DNA of 63,715 nt, the filler included, from Licmophora abbreviata (taxonomy: Eukaryota), in the NCBI GenBank assembly GCA_900291995.1. It is 10 parts of 10 records of this genome, joined end to end, with 100 filler letters (N's around TTAATTAATTAA, not from the genome) between each part and the next. Parts side by side here need not be neighbours in the genome. Positions count along the whole stretch, not along the records: positions 1 to 3,033 come from OLMU01002911.1; positions 3,134 to 7,501 come from OLMU01002912.1; positions 7,602 to 15,499 come from OLMU01002914.1; 7 more parts are not named here. One strand, written 5' to 3'. The translations under genes were made by a program, and so were the position numbers. A model generated the notes under the pieces. It had not been told where the DNA came from. It searched no databases and saw only the letters and a program-made list of their open reading frames with translations. This document shows positions 1 to 10,407 of the stretch, one piece after another. How positions within the stretch are numbered: the stretch's first letter is position 1; each line of letters opens with the position of its first letter.

Positions 1-707
1 TGATCGTTACAGTGATTGAGAAGCAATCATCAATGGAAACGAAAATGGTGTGTGATGCCTTCTTGATTGCAGCCGGGCGGCGCCCCAACGTCACGGGGAT
101 GGATCTCGAAAAGGCCAGCATCGACTACGACACCACCAAAGGCCTTCTCGTCAACGACAAGCTTCAGACGACAAATTCTCGAGTGTACGGAGTCGGTGAC
201 TGCTGTTCTGAATTCAAGTTTACTCATGCGGCCGATTTCATGGCTCGAGCCGTCATTCGCAATGCCCTCTTTTTCGGCAAGGAGAAGATGTCGAATCTTC
301 TGATTCCATACGCCACGTTCACGTCTCCTGAGATTGCAAGTGTCGGTCTGTACGAGCGTGACTTGAAAGAGAAGGGCATTCCATTTCGTATCATTGAAAA
401 ACAATTCAAGGACAACGACCGCAATATTTGCGACAGCAATCGAATGGGTTTGGTTCGCTTCCGGGTGGATGCGAAGACGGACAAGATCCTGGGCGCCTCG
501 ATTGTAGGATCGGATGCTGGCAACATGATTAGCGAAATCACTCTGGCAATGCAGTCAGACACGGGTCTTGGAAGTTTGGCGGCCGTCATCCATCCTTACC
601 CAACTACGAGTGAGGTGATTCGTCAATGCGGTGATCTATACAACAAGACCCGCCTTACGACGACAGTCAAGACGCTTCTCCGTGGATTCATTCAGATCCA
701 AAGGTAA
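1..707 (+). CDS. Pyridine nucleotide-disulfide oxidoreductase (MerA/LpdA-like), C-terminal part, 5' end outside window
   Basis: AAGRRPN, YGVGDC, HAADFMAR..IRNALF, FTSPEIASVG and dimerisation-domain IHPYPT motifs. It lacks the C-terminal Cys-Cys pair of true MerA. Confidence 0.85.
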   Translation, partial: IVTVIEKQSSMETKMVCDAFLIAAGRRPNVTGMDLEKASIDYDTTKGLLVNDKLQTTNSRVYGVGDCCSEFKFTHAADFMARAVIRNALFFGKEKMSNLLIPYATFTSPEIASVGLYERDLKEKGIPFRIIEKQFKDNDRNICDSNRMGLVRFRVDAKTDKILGASIVGSDAGNMISEITLAMQSDTGLGSLAAVIHPYPTTSEVIRQCGDLYNKTRLTTTVKTLLRGFIQIQR

Positions 708-760
708 ATGCGATTAATATGGACATACGCATCGAAGAATATAAATTTTGACAGTCAGTC

Positions 761-1765
761 TCATTCCGACTCTGTAGCTGATTGATCCAACGCCTTGAAT
801 CTATGTCTTCGTAGAGCTTCCTCCAGTGCGACTGCCTCTTTCTCTGTCACGTCTCCCGAGACGGCTCGCTTCACTCCATCCGTCCCCAGCGTGTCCTTGA
901 GGTCTTCCAAAAACAAAACGTTTCTCCTCCAAACCTTTCCTGCATCCCCTTGCAGCTTATCGACAGCGCGTTCTACCTCTTCTTCTCGCAAGACATGAAA
1001 GATGGGAAACGGCGCCCTGTTGGTGTAATTGTCAATGCCGGCTTCGCCAGAACCCTCAAACTCAAACAACGGGTGAAACGGGGCTATCTGAACATGGCCA
1101 TGTAAATCATGATCGTCCATCAAGTCTTCTTCTAGGGCAGTCACTGCCGACAGAAATTTTCGAAAGTCGTCTGGATACCATTCCGGTGTTACAATCAAGG
1201 ATGTTCCAGCCGTCCTCTTTCGGACCAAGAGTTCTCCCAAGATGGCTCCCAAGATGGCAACATCGTCGCTTCCTCGTACAATGTGGACGTGCATGGTACC
1301 CGTCTTGAGTGGTTTCTCGGCAAATGGACATAGATTCCATCCAATCACGATGCGCTTCACCCAGTCCAGTACGATTCGTTCGATGTCTTCCTCGGTGGAA
1401 GGTCGTCCATGATGATTGTTGTTGTTGTTGTTGTTGTTGTCAGAAGCAGACGAAGAATCAGCAACAGAGCACTTTCGAATACCCAGCTTCCGACCAGCCG
1501 GAACCACGGATCGATCTTGGTAATAACGCAATGGCATCGATCGAAATGATCTAGTCGAAGTGATAGTGAGCTGTCCACGCGGTGGAACAACAACCAAGGC
1601 TGCGCCGATCGTCGTCATGGTACTAGACCTGTGATGGCAAGCGCCAGAGGCGGTGGCAGCAGCCAAGAGCAGGGATGTATACCATTTCGACCGCCGCGTC
1701 AGAAATAAAAAACGCGTTCTGGTTCTCACAGTCACCATTGGAGCAAGGGATCTCGTGAGCTGCAT
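761..1765 (-). CDS. DUF1415 family protein with N-terminal extension (possible organelle targeting)
   Basis: WVKRIVIGWNLCPFA, QIAPFHP.FEFEG and NYTNRAPFP.FHVLREEEV motifs typical of DUF1415. Start codon uncertain. Confidence 0.8.
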   Translation of the reverse strand: MQLTRSLAPMVTVRTRTRFLFLTRRSKWYTSLLLAAATASGACHHRSSTMTTIGAALVVVPPRGQLTITSTRSFRSMPLRYYQDRSVVPAGRKLGIRKCSVADSSSASDNNNNNNNNHHGRPSTEEDIERIVLDWVKRIVIGWNLCPFAEKPLKTGTMHVHIVRGSDDVAILGAILGELLVRKRTAGTSLIVTPEWYPDDFRKFLSAVTALEEDLMDDHDLHGHVQIAPFHPLFEFEGSGEAGIDNYTNRAPFPIFHVLREEEVERAVDKLQGDAGKVWRRNVLFLEDLKDTLGTDGVKRAVSGDVTEKEAVALEEALRRHRFKALDQSATESE

Positions 1766-2132
1766 GGGGGAAAGAGAACGAGACCTTCCAAGTGATGTTG
1801 TTCATGGGCATCATATCATCGTCGCTCGTCGCGCTGCGACAGAATTCATGAACTGAACTGAACGATCCGAATTTCTACGTTAGCTCATGGTACACATCTT
1901 CCGTAGCCTACCACAACTCAATTCTCAACCACGAATCTTTTTGCATCGGCGACGAGCACAGCACTCAGCATCATCATCAGCGCCGCGCTCATTCATTCAT
2001 TCATTTGTTGGGGTGAACAAGGAAGCAAGAGTACAAAGCTTCCTTCCATTGAAACAATATAGTATTGGCGTTGCTGGTCATTGGATTTGAAAAGGAATCC
2101 ATTTAGTGTACTAAAAAAAGCGTCGCCGCATC

Positions 2133-2591
2133 ATGTCTGTCGATCCGGATACGCCCATGTCGAACAGCAAAAAGGCTGCATCATCCTACGAGGATCGCGT
2201 CAAGGCGATCAATGTGATTGCTCAGCCTCTGGCTTCGAAAAAGTCTACCAAGAAACTGCACAAGCTTGTAAAGAAGGCATCAGGGATCAAACACATCCGA
2301 AGAGGAGTCAAGGAGGTTGTCAAGGGCATCAGGAAAGGAGAAAAGGGACTATGTGTGCTAGCTGGAGATATTTATCCCCTCGATGTCATTTCGCATCTGC
2401 CTGTGCTGTTAGAAGAGAAGGATGTGCCTTATCTATTTGTTCCGTCGAAACAGGATTTGGGGGCAGCGGCCAGTACCAAGCGGCCGACCAGTGTTGTCTT
2501 GGTAAGGAAACCGAACAAGGACTTTGAAGGGCAAGACTTGTACGATGCCTTGATGAAAGAGGCAAAAGAATACGACCCCACGAGTGTATAA
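2133..2591 (+). CDS. NHP2: H/ACA snoRNP subunit 2 (L7Ae family)
   Basis: IAQPLASKKSTKKL, RRGVKEVVKGIRKGEKG, LAGDIYPLDVISHLP, LGAAASTKRPTS. Confidence 0.95.
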   Translation: MSVDPDTPMSNSKKAASSYEDRVKAINVIAQPLASKKSTKKLHKLVKKASGIKHIRRGVKEVVKGIRKGEKGLCVLAGDIYPLDVISHLPVLLEEKDVPYLFVPSKQDLGAAASTKRPTSVVLVRKPNKDFEGQDLYDALMKEAKEYDPTSV

Positions 2592-2798
2592 GGGATCCAA
2601 GCAGAGGCGGTGGGTACTGTGTGGAAGAATGACTGAAAGGGATGCCATTGGCCGTATCCTATCATTATGCTTTTCGTTCTAGCTACTACCCGCAGTTATA
2701 CTTCTAGAGAGTAACGGCACACCTGCGTCTAAAGAATACCAAGATCGCTGTATAATTATATGATCTTACTAGTCAAGTAGGAATAAGCGTGCCATAGG

Positions 2799-3376
2799 AG
2801 AAGCAACATGGATGGTCAGAGCTGGCGTCAATTCGGGTAGTTGAGTTCGATCCTCTGACCTCGCCGTCCGCCTCTTGCTTTGCGGATTAAATCTCGAACC
2901 CTATTACTTCTCGTCGTCGGCATCATCGCGGCGCGCCGGCGGCTGAGACGTCTTTACAGCTATGGTCGTCCCCCCTCATGTACACCAATAAGTCCCGTTC
3001 TGGATCTTCACAGACTCGTTTCTGTTTCGTGCTNNNNNNNNNNNNNNNNNNNNNNNNNNNNNNNNNNNNNNNNNNNNTTAATTAATTAANNNNNNNNNNN
3101 NNNNNNNNNNNNNNNNNNNNNNNNNNNNNNNNNAGAAGCAGCATGGATGGTCAGAGCTGGCGTCAATTCGGGTAGTTGGGTTCGATCCTCTGACCTCGCC
3201 GTCCGCCTCTTGCTTTGAGGATTAAATCTCGAACCCTATTACTTCTCGTCGTCGTCATCAGCATCGTCGCGGCGCGCCGGCGGCTGAGACGTCTTTACAG
3301 CTATGGTCATCCTCCCCCTCATGTACACCAATAAGTCCCGTTCTGGATCTTCACAGACTCGTTTCTGTTTCGTGCT
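2799..3376. repeat. Near-identical direct duplicate flanking an assembly gap (2799-3033 vs 3134-3376), probably two alleles
   Basis: The copies align end to end with a few SNPs and +6/+2 nt indels and abut the N spacer exactly. Confidence 0.85.
3034..3133. other. Assembly gap spacer (44N-TTAATTAATTAA-44N)
   Basis: Six-frame stop linker inside Ns. Identical spacers occur at 7502-7601, 15500-15599, 28221-28320, 33736-33835, 45665-45764, 51901-52000, 56864-56963 and 58877-58976. Confidence 0.99.
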
Positions 3377-3587
3377 TCTGTAAATTGGCTCAAGTCGATC
3401 CTCATTTCTCAATTTTCGAACGCCGTTTCCCGCCGAATTCGTCGTCCGTGTGGCGTATTTTTCTATTGATCAAAGACATTATTTCTTGGAGCTCGCTGTT
3501 CTCATCACACTCCTACTCCCGGTTGCCATCGGATCATTTCTGAAGCCCTATACTTACAATCAGCATCAGCCACCAGCCGCGAATAAT

Positions 3588-3998
3588 ATGGCTGCATGCT
3601 CCAAGTCTGAACCCAGCAAGTGCATCCCCTGTGAATCCTTGGACCCATCTTCGTTGTTGCCTCGCGAGCGAGTGGATCAACAAGTTCAAGATGATCTTCC
3701 CCTTTGGACGATACAAGAAACCGCGGAAGGGAACCCTTGTCTATCTCGCACTTTTGTGGCCAAGAACTTTCAAAGTGCTCTGGATGCCATCAACGCAATG
3801 GGCGTCGTTGCCGAGCGAGAAGGCCACCATCCCGATTTTCATTTGACGTCATACCGAAAGGTGGAGATCGTTGTCTATACCCATTCCGTTGGAGGTGTCA
3901 CTCAAAATGATATACTTTTGGCACAAATGTTGGACAGAGAAGTGGATGTAGTGTACAGTCCAAAGTGGTTGAAAGAACACCCTGATGCGACGAAATAG
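3588..3998 (+). CDS. Pterin-4a-carbinolamine dehydratase
   Basis: LSRTFVAKNFQSAL and AEREGHHPDFHL (catalytic E-x3-HHP), YTHSVGGVTQNDILLA. The ATG at 3588 was chosen; the ORF is open from 3450. Confidence 0.9.
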   Translation: MAACSKSEPSKCIPCESLDPSSLLPRERVDQQVQDDLPLWTIQETAEGNPCLSRTFVAKNFQSALDAINAMGVVAEREGHHPDFHLTSYRKVEIVVYTHSVGGVTQNDILLAQMLDREVDVVYSPKWLKEHPDATK

Positions 3999-4367
3999 AT
4001 CCTAGGTAGAAACGCTCTCTACAAGAGCTGTGCCACTTCTCTTGATCGTAGGCGGTAGAGTGACGACTCAAGAGCTACAGCATGAAGTTATGTTTGACTC
4101 TAAGCTACGTTTGCCCAAGCTATAGCTTGTAGAGTCGAGTTGAGCGAGTCAAAAGTAATTGCAGTAATCTGCAATCTCGTCCAAAAGCAAGACTTACGTC
4201 ATGATGACATCATCAGACTAGTCCGCATACGCGCGCGTCCACAACCCAAAATTTGCGCGCAGCCCGCCGATGAAACAGAACAAAATCCGATGGCTGCGGC
4301 GCCTTCGCCATCACTCAACATGGTATGATTTTGGAACGTGTCGGAGACTTGTGCGCTTTGTGCAACC

Positions 4368-5741
4368 ATGAAACGATGCTTAGGGATTGCTGTATGCATG
4401 ATACTGTGCACAGTATTTGACTGTCGGGGATTTGTACCGGTCAATAATCATGATCGTCTTCGGCCGACGTGTGTTCATGGTGATATAAGCGATCGGCCTA
4501 GGATGACAGCAGCACGCAGCAATCTCCAAAGAAGTGGCCAGATGACGCCAGTACTAGAGAAGGACACTCAGTGTGACACTCCTGTAGTGAGGGGTGCTTT
4601 GTCAATGGGCATTGGGGAGCTAGCAGACGCATTGGGAGGCTTGGGGCGGGCCCGGTTGGTCTGGGACTGCTACTCGTTGGGCGTCGATCCCCAGATATAC
4701 TTTGGATCGGAGCTACAACAAGAGTCGGAAGAAATCGCTAGTATTCAGAGACGCCGTCCTTCCTCTCGGAGAACTCAGACCGTTGGAAAGGAGGCTCTAG
4801 AAAAGCTCGCTAGTTTGTATCCCGACCACGGTGGTCAGGTCGAAGGTGGAGTGGCGAGTCTGAGTCACGTATCCAGAAGCGCAGACGGCACCACCAAACT
4901 TCTACTCAAGCTCATCGATGGGTATGAAGTGGAAACGGTCATCATTCCCTGGAATGGGTCGCGTAGTACTCTGTGCATATCATCCCAAGTGGGGTGCCGA
5001 CAGGCTTGTCAGTTCTGTGCCACTGGCAAGATGTCTTTGCTTCGGTCACTGACTTCCGACGAGATTCTCTGTCAAATGTTCTTTGCTCGCAAAGTTTGTC
5101 GTCTCGAAGAACTGCCGGAAGTGAGTAACGTTGTTTTTATGGGTATGGGCGAGCCCGCGGACAATATGGATGCGGTCGTGCAGGCCACGAGGATACTAAC
5201 TACCAGGGAATTGTTTCAACTGAGTGCGAACAAAGTGACCGTATCGACTGTGGCTCCAACGCCCGAGGCCTTTGCTAGATTCGGAGAGGCGCCTTGCGTA
5301 CTGGCTTGGAGCGTTCATGCTGCACGAGATGATTTGCGTCGAAAGCTCGTTCCGACTACCAGACACCGAATGACTGAACTTCGTCAAGGTATGATGGACG
5401 CTTTGTTGAAACGACCCGAGAACTTTCGTGCCACTATGCTGGAAGTTGCCCTGATACGAGACGTCAATGATTCGATTCGAGAAGCGGATGAGCTGGCCGA
5501 GTTTGCTCGCGCGATTGTCGATCAAGTGCAGGGATGCAAACTTATTGTGAATCTCATACCTTTCAACGATATCGGCCATGCAGAGTACCGGAAGCCTACA
5601 AACGAGGGAGTCGCGACGTTTCAGAAGCGTCTTTGGAGTCATGGGATAAATGCACATATCCGAAAGACAAGAGGAGATGACGAGTCGGCGGCCTGTGGGC
5701 AGCTCGCTACGAAGAAGAGATGGCAACCATCTCTTCCGTAG
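4368..5741 (+). CDS. rlmN: RlmN-family radical SAM RNA methyltransferase, probably plastid-targeted
   Basis: [20 protein letters not shown] (CxxxCxxC), FMGMGEP, NLIPFN and AACGQL. N-terminal signal peptide followed by GF ([24 protein letters not shown]). Confidence 0.92.
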   Translation: MKRCLGIAVCMILCTVFDCRGFVPVNNHDRLRPTCVHGDISDRPRMTAARSNLQRSGQMTPVLEKDTQCDTPVVRGALSMGIGELADALGGLGRARLVWDCYSLGVDPQIYFGSELQQESEEIASIQRRRPSSRRTQTVGKEALEKLASLYPDHGGQVEGGVASLSHVSRSADGTTKLLLKLIDGYEVETVIIPWNGSRSTLCISSQVGCRQACQFCATGKMSLLRSLTSDEILCQMFFARKVCRLEELPEVSNVVFMGMGEPADNMDAVVQATRILTTRELFQLSANKVTVSTVAPTPEAFARFGEAPCVLAWSVHAARDDLRRKLVPTTRHRMTELRQGMMDALLKRPENFRATMLEVALIRDVNDSIREADELAEFARAIVDQVQGCKLIVNLIPFNDIGHAEYRKPTNEGVATFQKRLWSHGINAHIRKTRGDDESAACGQLATKKRWQPSLP

Positions 5742-5808
5742 TTCAATGAAAAACGAAATTTCTTGAATCGTGCATTCGACTGCTGAACTAGATTGCCGTG
5801 TTCCGTCA

Positions 5809-6777
5809 CTATTCATCAACGTTTGCAGCAAAGAATGTTGACGGGTCAACACTTGGTACTTTGTCACCTTCCAGCCGCCTATATACCACGTAGTATTTTG
5901 AGCCCCCAGATCGCTCGACCTTTTTGCCTTCTTCCGTTTCAGTCTTCATGGCCTTCACACAAGGATCGAAGTTCATTTCTTCTTCAGTTAGCTTTTCGAA
6001 CATAGGATGGGCATCGCCCTTGGCCACGTGCCATTCATGCAGCTCCTTGACATCAGTGATACAATACAACAGACCGAGAGGCTTCAATACATATGCATAT
6101 TCCGTCAAAAGTCGCTCCGAAATGATGCGCCTCGGATAGTTCTTGCGCTTGAAGTGGGGGTCAGGAAAACAGAAGAACATTTTTGATAAACTCGCTCGTG
6201 AAAAGAAGTGTGGGAGAAACTTCATCGAATTGGTTCGAATTACGGAGCAGTTTTGGTAGCTTCCCGTATTCTCTTTCCGAAACGCCACAATGCGCAGCCG
6301 CACATATTCCTTAACCTTGGCTCGGATCTCCATGCCAAGGATGACTTCTTTAGGCAACAATGTCGCAAGAGCTATTGTGAGGCCCCCGAATCCGCACCCG
6401 ATGTCCAACACTGTCGGGGCAGTACCCTGCGGGAGCTGTGGATAGTGATCTTTGCACCAATCCATGTGAGACGGTGTCAGCGGATATTCAAACGTATCAT
6501 TGTGCGACAGAGGATTCTATAAATCGAAGCACAGGACAAGGTGAGGACATGATCCGACTTACAAACCCCTCTACCCTGAACCTCATCAGCTCCAACCATC
6601 TCGTACCACATGAGCTCGCGAACGATAGAACTTTTTCTGAGGCCGCTCACCCTCCGCCGTAATCGGTGCTAGCTCTCGTTTCCTCTCAGTTTCACTTTCT
6701 CTAGGCTCATCTCGGGAGACTTCAGTATCACTAGCTGGTTCCGCCGCAGCCGCTGTACTGGAAGCTGGGGTCGCCAT
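5809..6777 (-). CDS. TRM8: tRNA (guanine-N7)-methyltransferase, one intron (6517-6606)
   Basis: Spliced KFYRSRAHV|NPLSHNDTFEYP; DIGCGFGGL, GMEIR, FPDPHFK, TEEGKKVER. Confidence 0.95.
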
Positions 6778-7035
6778 GGTTGTTCGACCGCAGGTCGAGG
6801 CGCACTGATGAATGGATGGTTGAAAAACGAAATGGCGGGAAAGCGACGAAGGAAAGCGGTCAGACGCGCTAGAGCGACTAATTTAGCTATAAAGACATTT
6901 CTTCAGTCTGTCCTCCTTCCGAAATCACTCTTCTTGATGCCTGAAGCCCATCCACCATCCATTTTTTGGCGCGCCTTCACATTTTCTTGTTACATATCTT
7001 GTCAGTGTATTCGAAGGAACGGCGAGATCAGGACC

Positions 7036-7501
7036 ATGCCAGCCTCGAGCAGCAACGCATCACAGCGTCGACAGACGCGTCTGCGTCGGGAGTATTTATA
7101 TCGCAAGTCACTGGAGGGACGAGAAAAGGCCGTATATGAGCAAAAGAGGCAGGTCCGTGAGGCTCTGGCGGCCGGCAAGCCTCTTCCTACCGAAATGCGT
7201 GCATCCTATGACGAACTCAAGCTAGAAGTAGACGCCGAAGATTCTAAGACTTCCACTCCACACAGTCACATTGATGATGAGTATGGTGATGCTGGACTCA
7301 TTGAGCCGAAAGTCTGTGTGACTACTAGTCGAGATCCATCGAGCCGGCTCAAGCAGTTTGCCAAGGTGTGTACAACAGATGACACTTTCCCTGCCGGTTT
7401 TCTGGGGTGTCAACGTCGCGTCAGACCGAACTAGGCTAACACTCTCTTTCCCTCGTCTATCAGGAAGTTAAGCTTCTTATTCCGAACTCGACTCGTATAA
7501 A
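7036..7501 (+). CDS. IMP4: U3 snoRNP protein Imp4 (Brix domain), intron 7366-7463, truncated at gap
   Basis: RRQTRLRREYLYRKS, HIDDEY, VTTSRDPSSRLKQFAK|EVKLLIPNSTRI. Confidence 0.93.
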
Positions 7502-7602
7502 NNNNNNNNNNNNNNNNNNNNNNNNNNNNNNNNNNNNNNNNNNNNTTAATTAATTAANNNNNNNNNNNNNNNNNNNNNNNNNNNNNNNNNNNNNNNNNNN
7601 NA

Positions 7603-8710
7603 ATGTGGCAGGCTCGGGCGACAAGAGGATTCTCGTTGTCGTTTCAAAGAGATAGAGATGCCTTCCGGCGAGAAGCGCTACGACATCATGCACCAGAGCG
7701 ACAGCGGCGACGTCTATCTTCATTCAGCTTGTTCAGCAGCAGCTCGACGGACAACAAGGAGCATGTAGAGAATCGGAAATTGCGTCTTGAGTCGCTACAC
7801 GAGTATCTATCTGACCTTGGCATCGACGCAAAAGAACTCGAGAATGCTGCCTTTCAATCCATCGAGGATCCAACTGGCGTAGGCTACGACGGTCGCTTTG
7901 GAAAGTCCGCCATCAAGACATATCGCGCCTTTGTGGATCCCAAACAGTCTGTTCTCAGCACCACATCTACCACACGAGCGGCTGCGGCTCGGTGCGCGCG
8001 ACAGGTGGACTTTTTAATAAAGCGACACAAGTCTCATGAAGCCGAGTGGGTTCGTCATACAGACGTGTTGGCAGCGTCGTCTGGTGCTGCGGGCGAGCGA
8101 CGAACCTTTCCTCTGACGCTGGTGCTGGACAATGTGAGAAGTGCATTCAACGTTGGCTCTCTCTTTCGAACTGCCGATGCATGGTAAGTTGGGAAAGGGT
8201 TCAGATGTTACAGTGTTTGCTAGGTCCGACCTAACTATACCTATGATCACTGACCGCGAATTACCTTCATCACTCAGTGGGTGCAGCGAGGTCATCACAA
8301 CTGGCATAACACCCCACCCGAAGGGATCCGGGGCAGACAAGTTGACCAAGTCGGCGTTAGGTGCAGACAGGCTTGTGCCGTCTCGTCACTTCCGAACGAC
8401 ACTTGATGCTATTCAGACGCTACGAAATGAGAAACCTGCGTGGATGTTGATTGGAATGGAGACAACCGAAAGGAGTACTCTATACACGGACATGACTTAT
8501 CCGGATAAAGCAAACGCTGGGACTGTGCTTGTCCTTGGCAATGAAGTGACCGGTGTCGACACGGATATCCTGCCGCTTTTGGATCATGTAGTAGAAATAC
8601 CCATGTTTGGTGCCAAGAACAGCCTCAATATTGCCGCCTGTGCTCCCGTGGTCCTCTATGAGATACTGAGGCAATGGAACGCGACCGCTGATGATATCAA
8701 GAAGGCGTAA
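7603..8710 (+). CDS. SpoU/TrmH-family (SPOUT) RNA 2'-O-methyltransferase, intron 8184-8277
   Basis: LVLDNVRSAFNVGSLFRTADAC, LVLGNEVTGV, VEIPMFGAKNSLNIA. The start lies next to a gap. Confidence 0.9.
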
Positions 8711-8843
8711 CTCTGCTGCGGATGTGTCGATACCACTTTTGCAGCTTCTTATTATGAAATACTATTATGCTGATACTGAATTCATGCGAGTCTCTACCCC
8801 ATTTTTTTGGAAAAAAGCCCTCCCGTTCTATTATAGGAAGTGT

Positions 8844-9824
8844 TCACATGAGAACAGACTTCTCTGGTTTCAAAGCCTCGGGGGGTTGTCGCCCCAGCCC
8901 CTCCAGCACATTAATTTCTATTGTGCGACACATCGCTGACAATGCAAGCGCATTTGGTTCATCTCGAAACGGTTCTTGAATCTGCCTTGCCAGTTCATCC
9001 AAACCAAAGAACGTGTACGCAAGAATGGCAGCAAAGATGGGAGTCCACCATTGCATGGCCGGAGCCATGGCAAAGGGCGCCAACACGACATACAGAAAAG
9101 CCGTCCGGTGAACAAGCAGCGAGTACGCAAGTGGAAGAGATGTATTGTGAATCCGCTCGCAAGCCGTTTGTATAGTACAGAGCTCATCCACGTGCCGTGT
9201 TAGCTGCACCAACGTGAAGGAATCCAGTTCCGACGTTGCCCGCTTGCAGATAAGATCACCAATGTGCAAAAGAATCGCATTCGCAGGATTGGTAGAACTG
9301 GACACCAGCTTGCGGTCTTCCTCTGTCAAGTACGAGTCACGGTCCATGATGGCCGTCCGATCGCCATCAGCATAACAAACTGGACGAAGCTGAGAGCGGA
9401 GGGCGTGTGTTTGTGCCAGAACTAGCAACAGAATATGAGTTCGCCAATCATTGTCGCCGTGACGTGATTGCTCGACATCATCAGTTCGATCCCCACAGGA
9501 GGTGATGCGCAGGAATCGCTGCAAGTTTCGTACAGCAATAATCTGAGTCCCCCACAGCGTCCGCGCTTCCCACCATCGACCATAACTTGCATTATTATGA
9601 AAGCCCAAGAATAATGAAATAGCCACACCGAGCGCCGTGAACGGAGCAAACGAAAAGGCAAGTGCATCCTTCGACGCGCCTCCCAGGACTCCGTCCTCGA
9701 TCAACGCAGCCAAAACGCCGATGCCAGCAGCGAAAAGTATCTTTGGCATGATGGCTGGTACAATCGAGCCCTGGAGCGTGATGAGAAGGGTCACCGAACT
9801 GACTCTGTGTGTTTTGACAATCAT
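8844..9824 (-). CDS. Bestrophin-family (UPF0187/YneE-type) anion channel
   Basis: AISLFLGFHNNASYGRWWEAR.LWG, CERI.NT.LPLAY, FFGLDELARQIQEPF..EPNAL. Confidence 0.9.
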   Translation of the reverse strand: MIVKTHRVSSVTLLITLQGSIVPAIMPKILFAAGIGVLAALIEDGVLGGASKDALAFSFAPFTALGVAISLFLGFHNNASYGRWWEARTLWGTQIIAVRNLQRFLRITSCGDRTDDVEQSRHGDNDWRTHILLLVLAQTHALRSQLRPVCYADGDRTAIMDRDSYLTEEDRKLVSSSTNPANAILLHIGDLICKRATSELDSFTLVQLTRHVDELCTIQTACERIHNTSLPLAYSLLVHRTAFLYVVLAPFAMAPAMQWWTPIFAAILAYTFFGLDELARQIQEPFRDEPNALALSAMCRTIEINVLEGLGRQPPEALKPEKSVLM

Positions 9825-10407
9825 GCTGACACACTTTTTTGTAAGATGTGATGGGTCCTAGAGACTGCTACAAACACTGTTTTGTGTAGAACAGGTACGA
9901 GGTACGAGGCTCTGATTGCGCGCTATTGGCACATACAATCATCGAGTACCTGCCTCCATAGCTGGGTAGTCACGTTCAGTCAGGGTCTCGTGAGCCGTTT
10001 CTCAGCTGTTGGTGGTTATCTCTATGATTAGATGGGATGAAATATACCGAGGTTGAGGAAATATGGCTCGTATGTGTGTGGCACGGTGCTGTCGTGACAG
10101 GGAATGCAACAGAAAAGTTTGGCGCGCAAAATGTGACGCGATGGAATGAAAGCAATAGATTCAGTTACGATGTCCATGAGGATAATTTAATGAACCCATT
10201 GGCTGTCACGCTCTACAAAATTTCAAATTCGACGCAAGATCTAGAGATATGCTCTGCTTCAGTCATGAGGCTTAGCATTACACCATATCAACTCACTTTT
10301 TCGGCACAGGTCTTGTAAGCTTGACTCTGTCGTCCCAAAAATGGTCACACAATTTATGGTGAGCGTCGTGAACAAGCCTTCGACCTTGTACGTTCTTCCA
10401 ATCAACC

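Noticed and set aside
1..707. Mercury resistance (merA) call
   Set aside because: No C-terminal Cys-Cys and no mer operon context.
1416..1441. (GTT)n microsatellite
   Set aside because: Ordinary poly-Asn tract in a low-complexity N-terminal extension.
2840..2860. tRNA gene suggested by GTTCGATCC
   Set aside because: No cloverleaf (no D arm or anticodon arm) could be built. Kept only as a candidate hairpin.
3078..3089. TTAATTAATTAA palindrome repeated nine times in the window
   Set aside because: Always centred in 44+44 Ns. It is an artificial six-frame stop linker, not a biological repeat or CRISPR.
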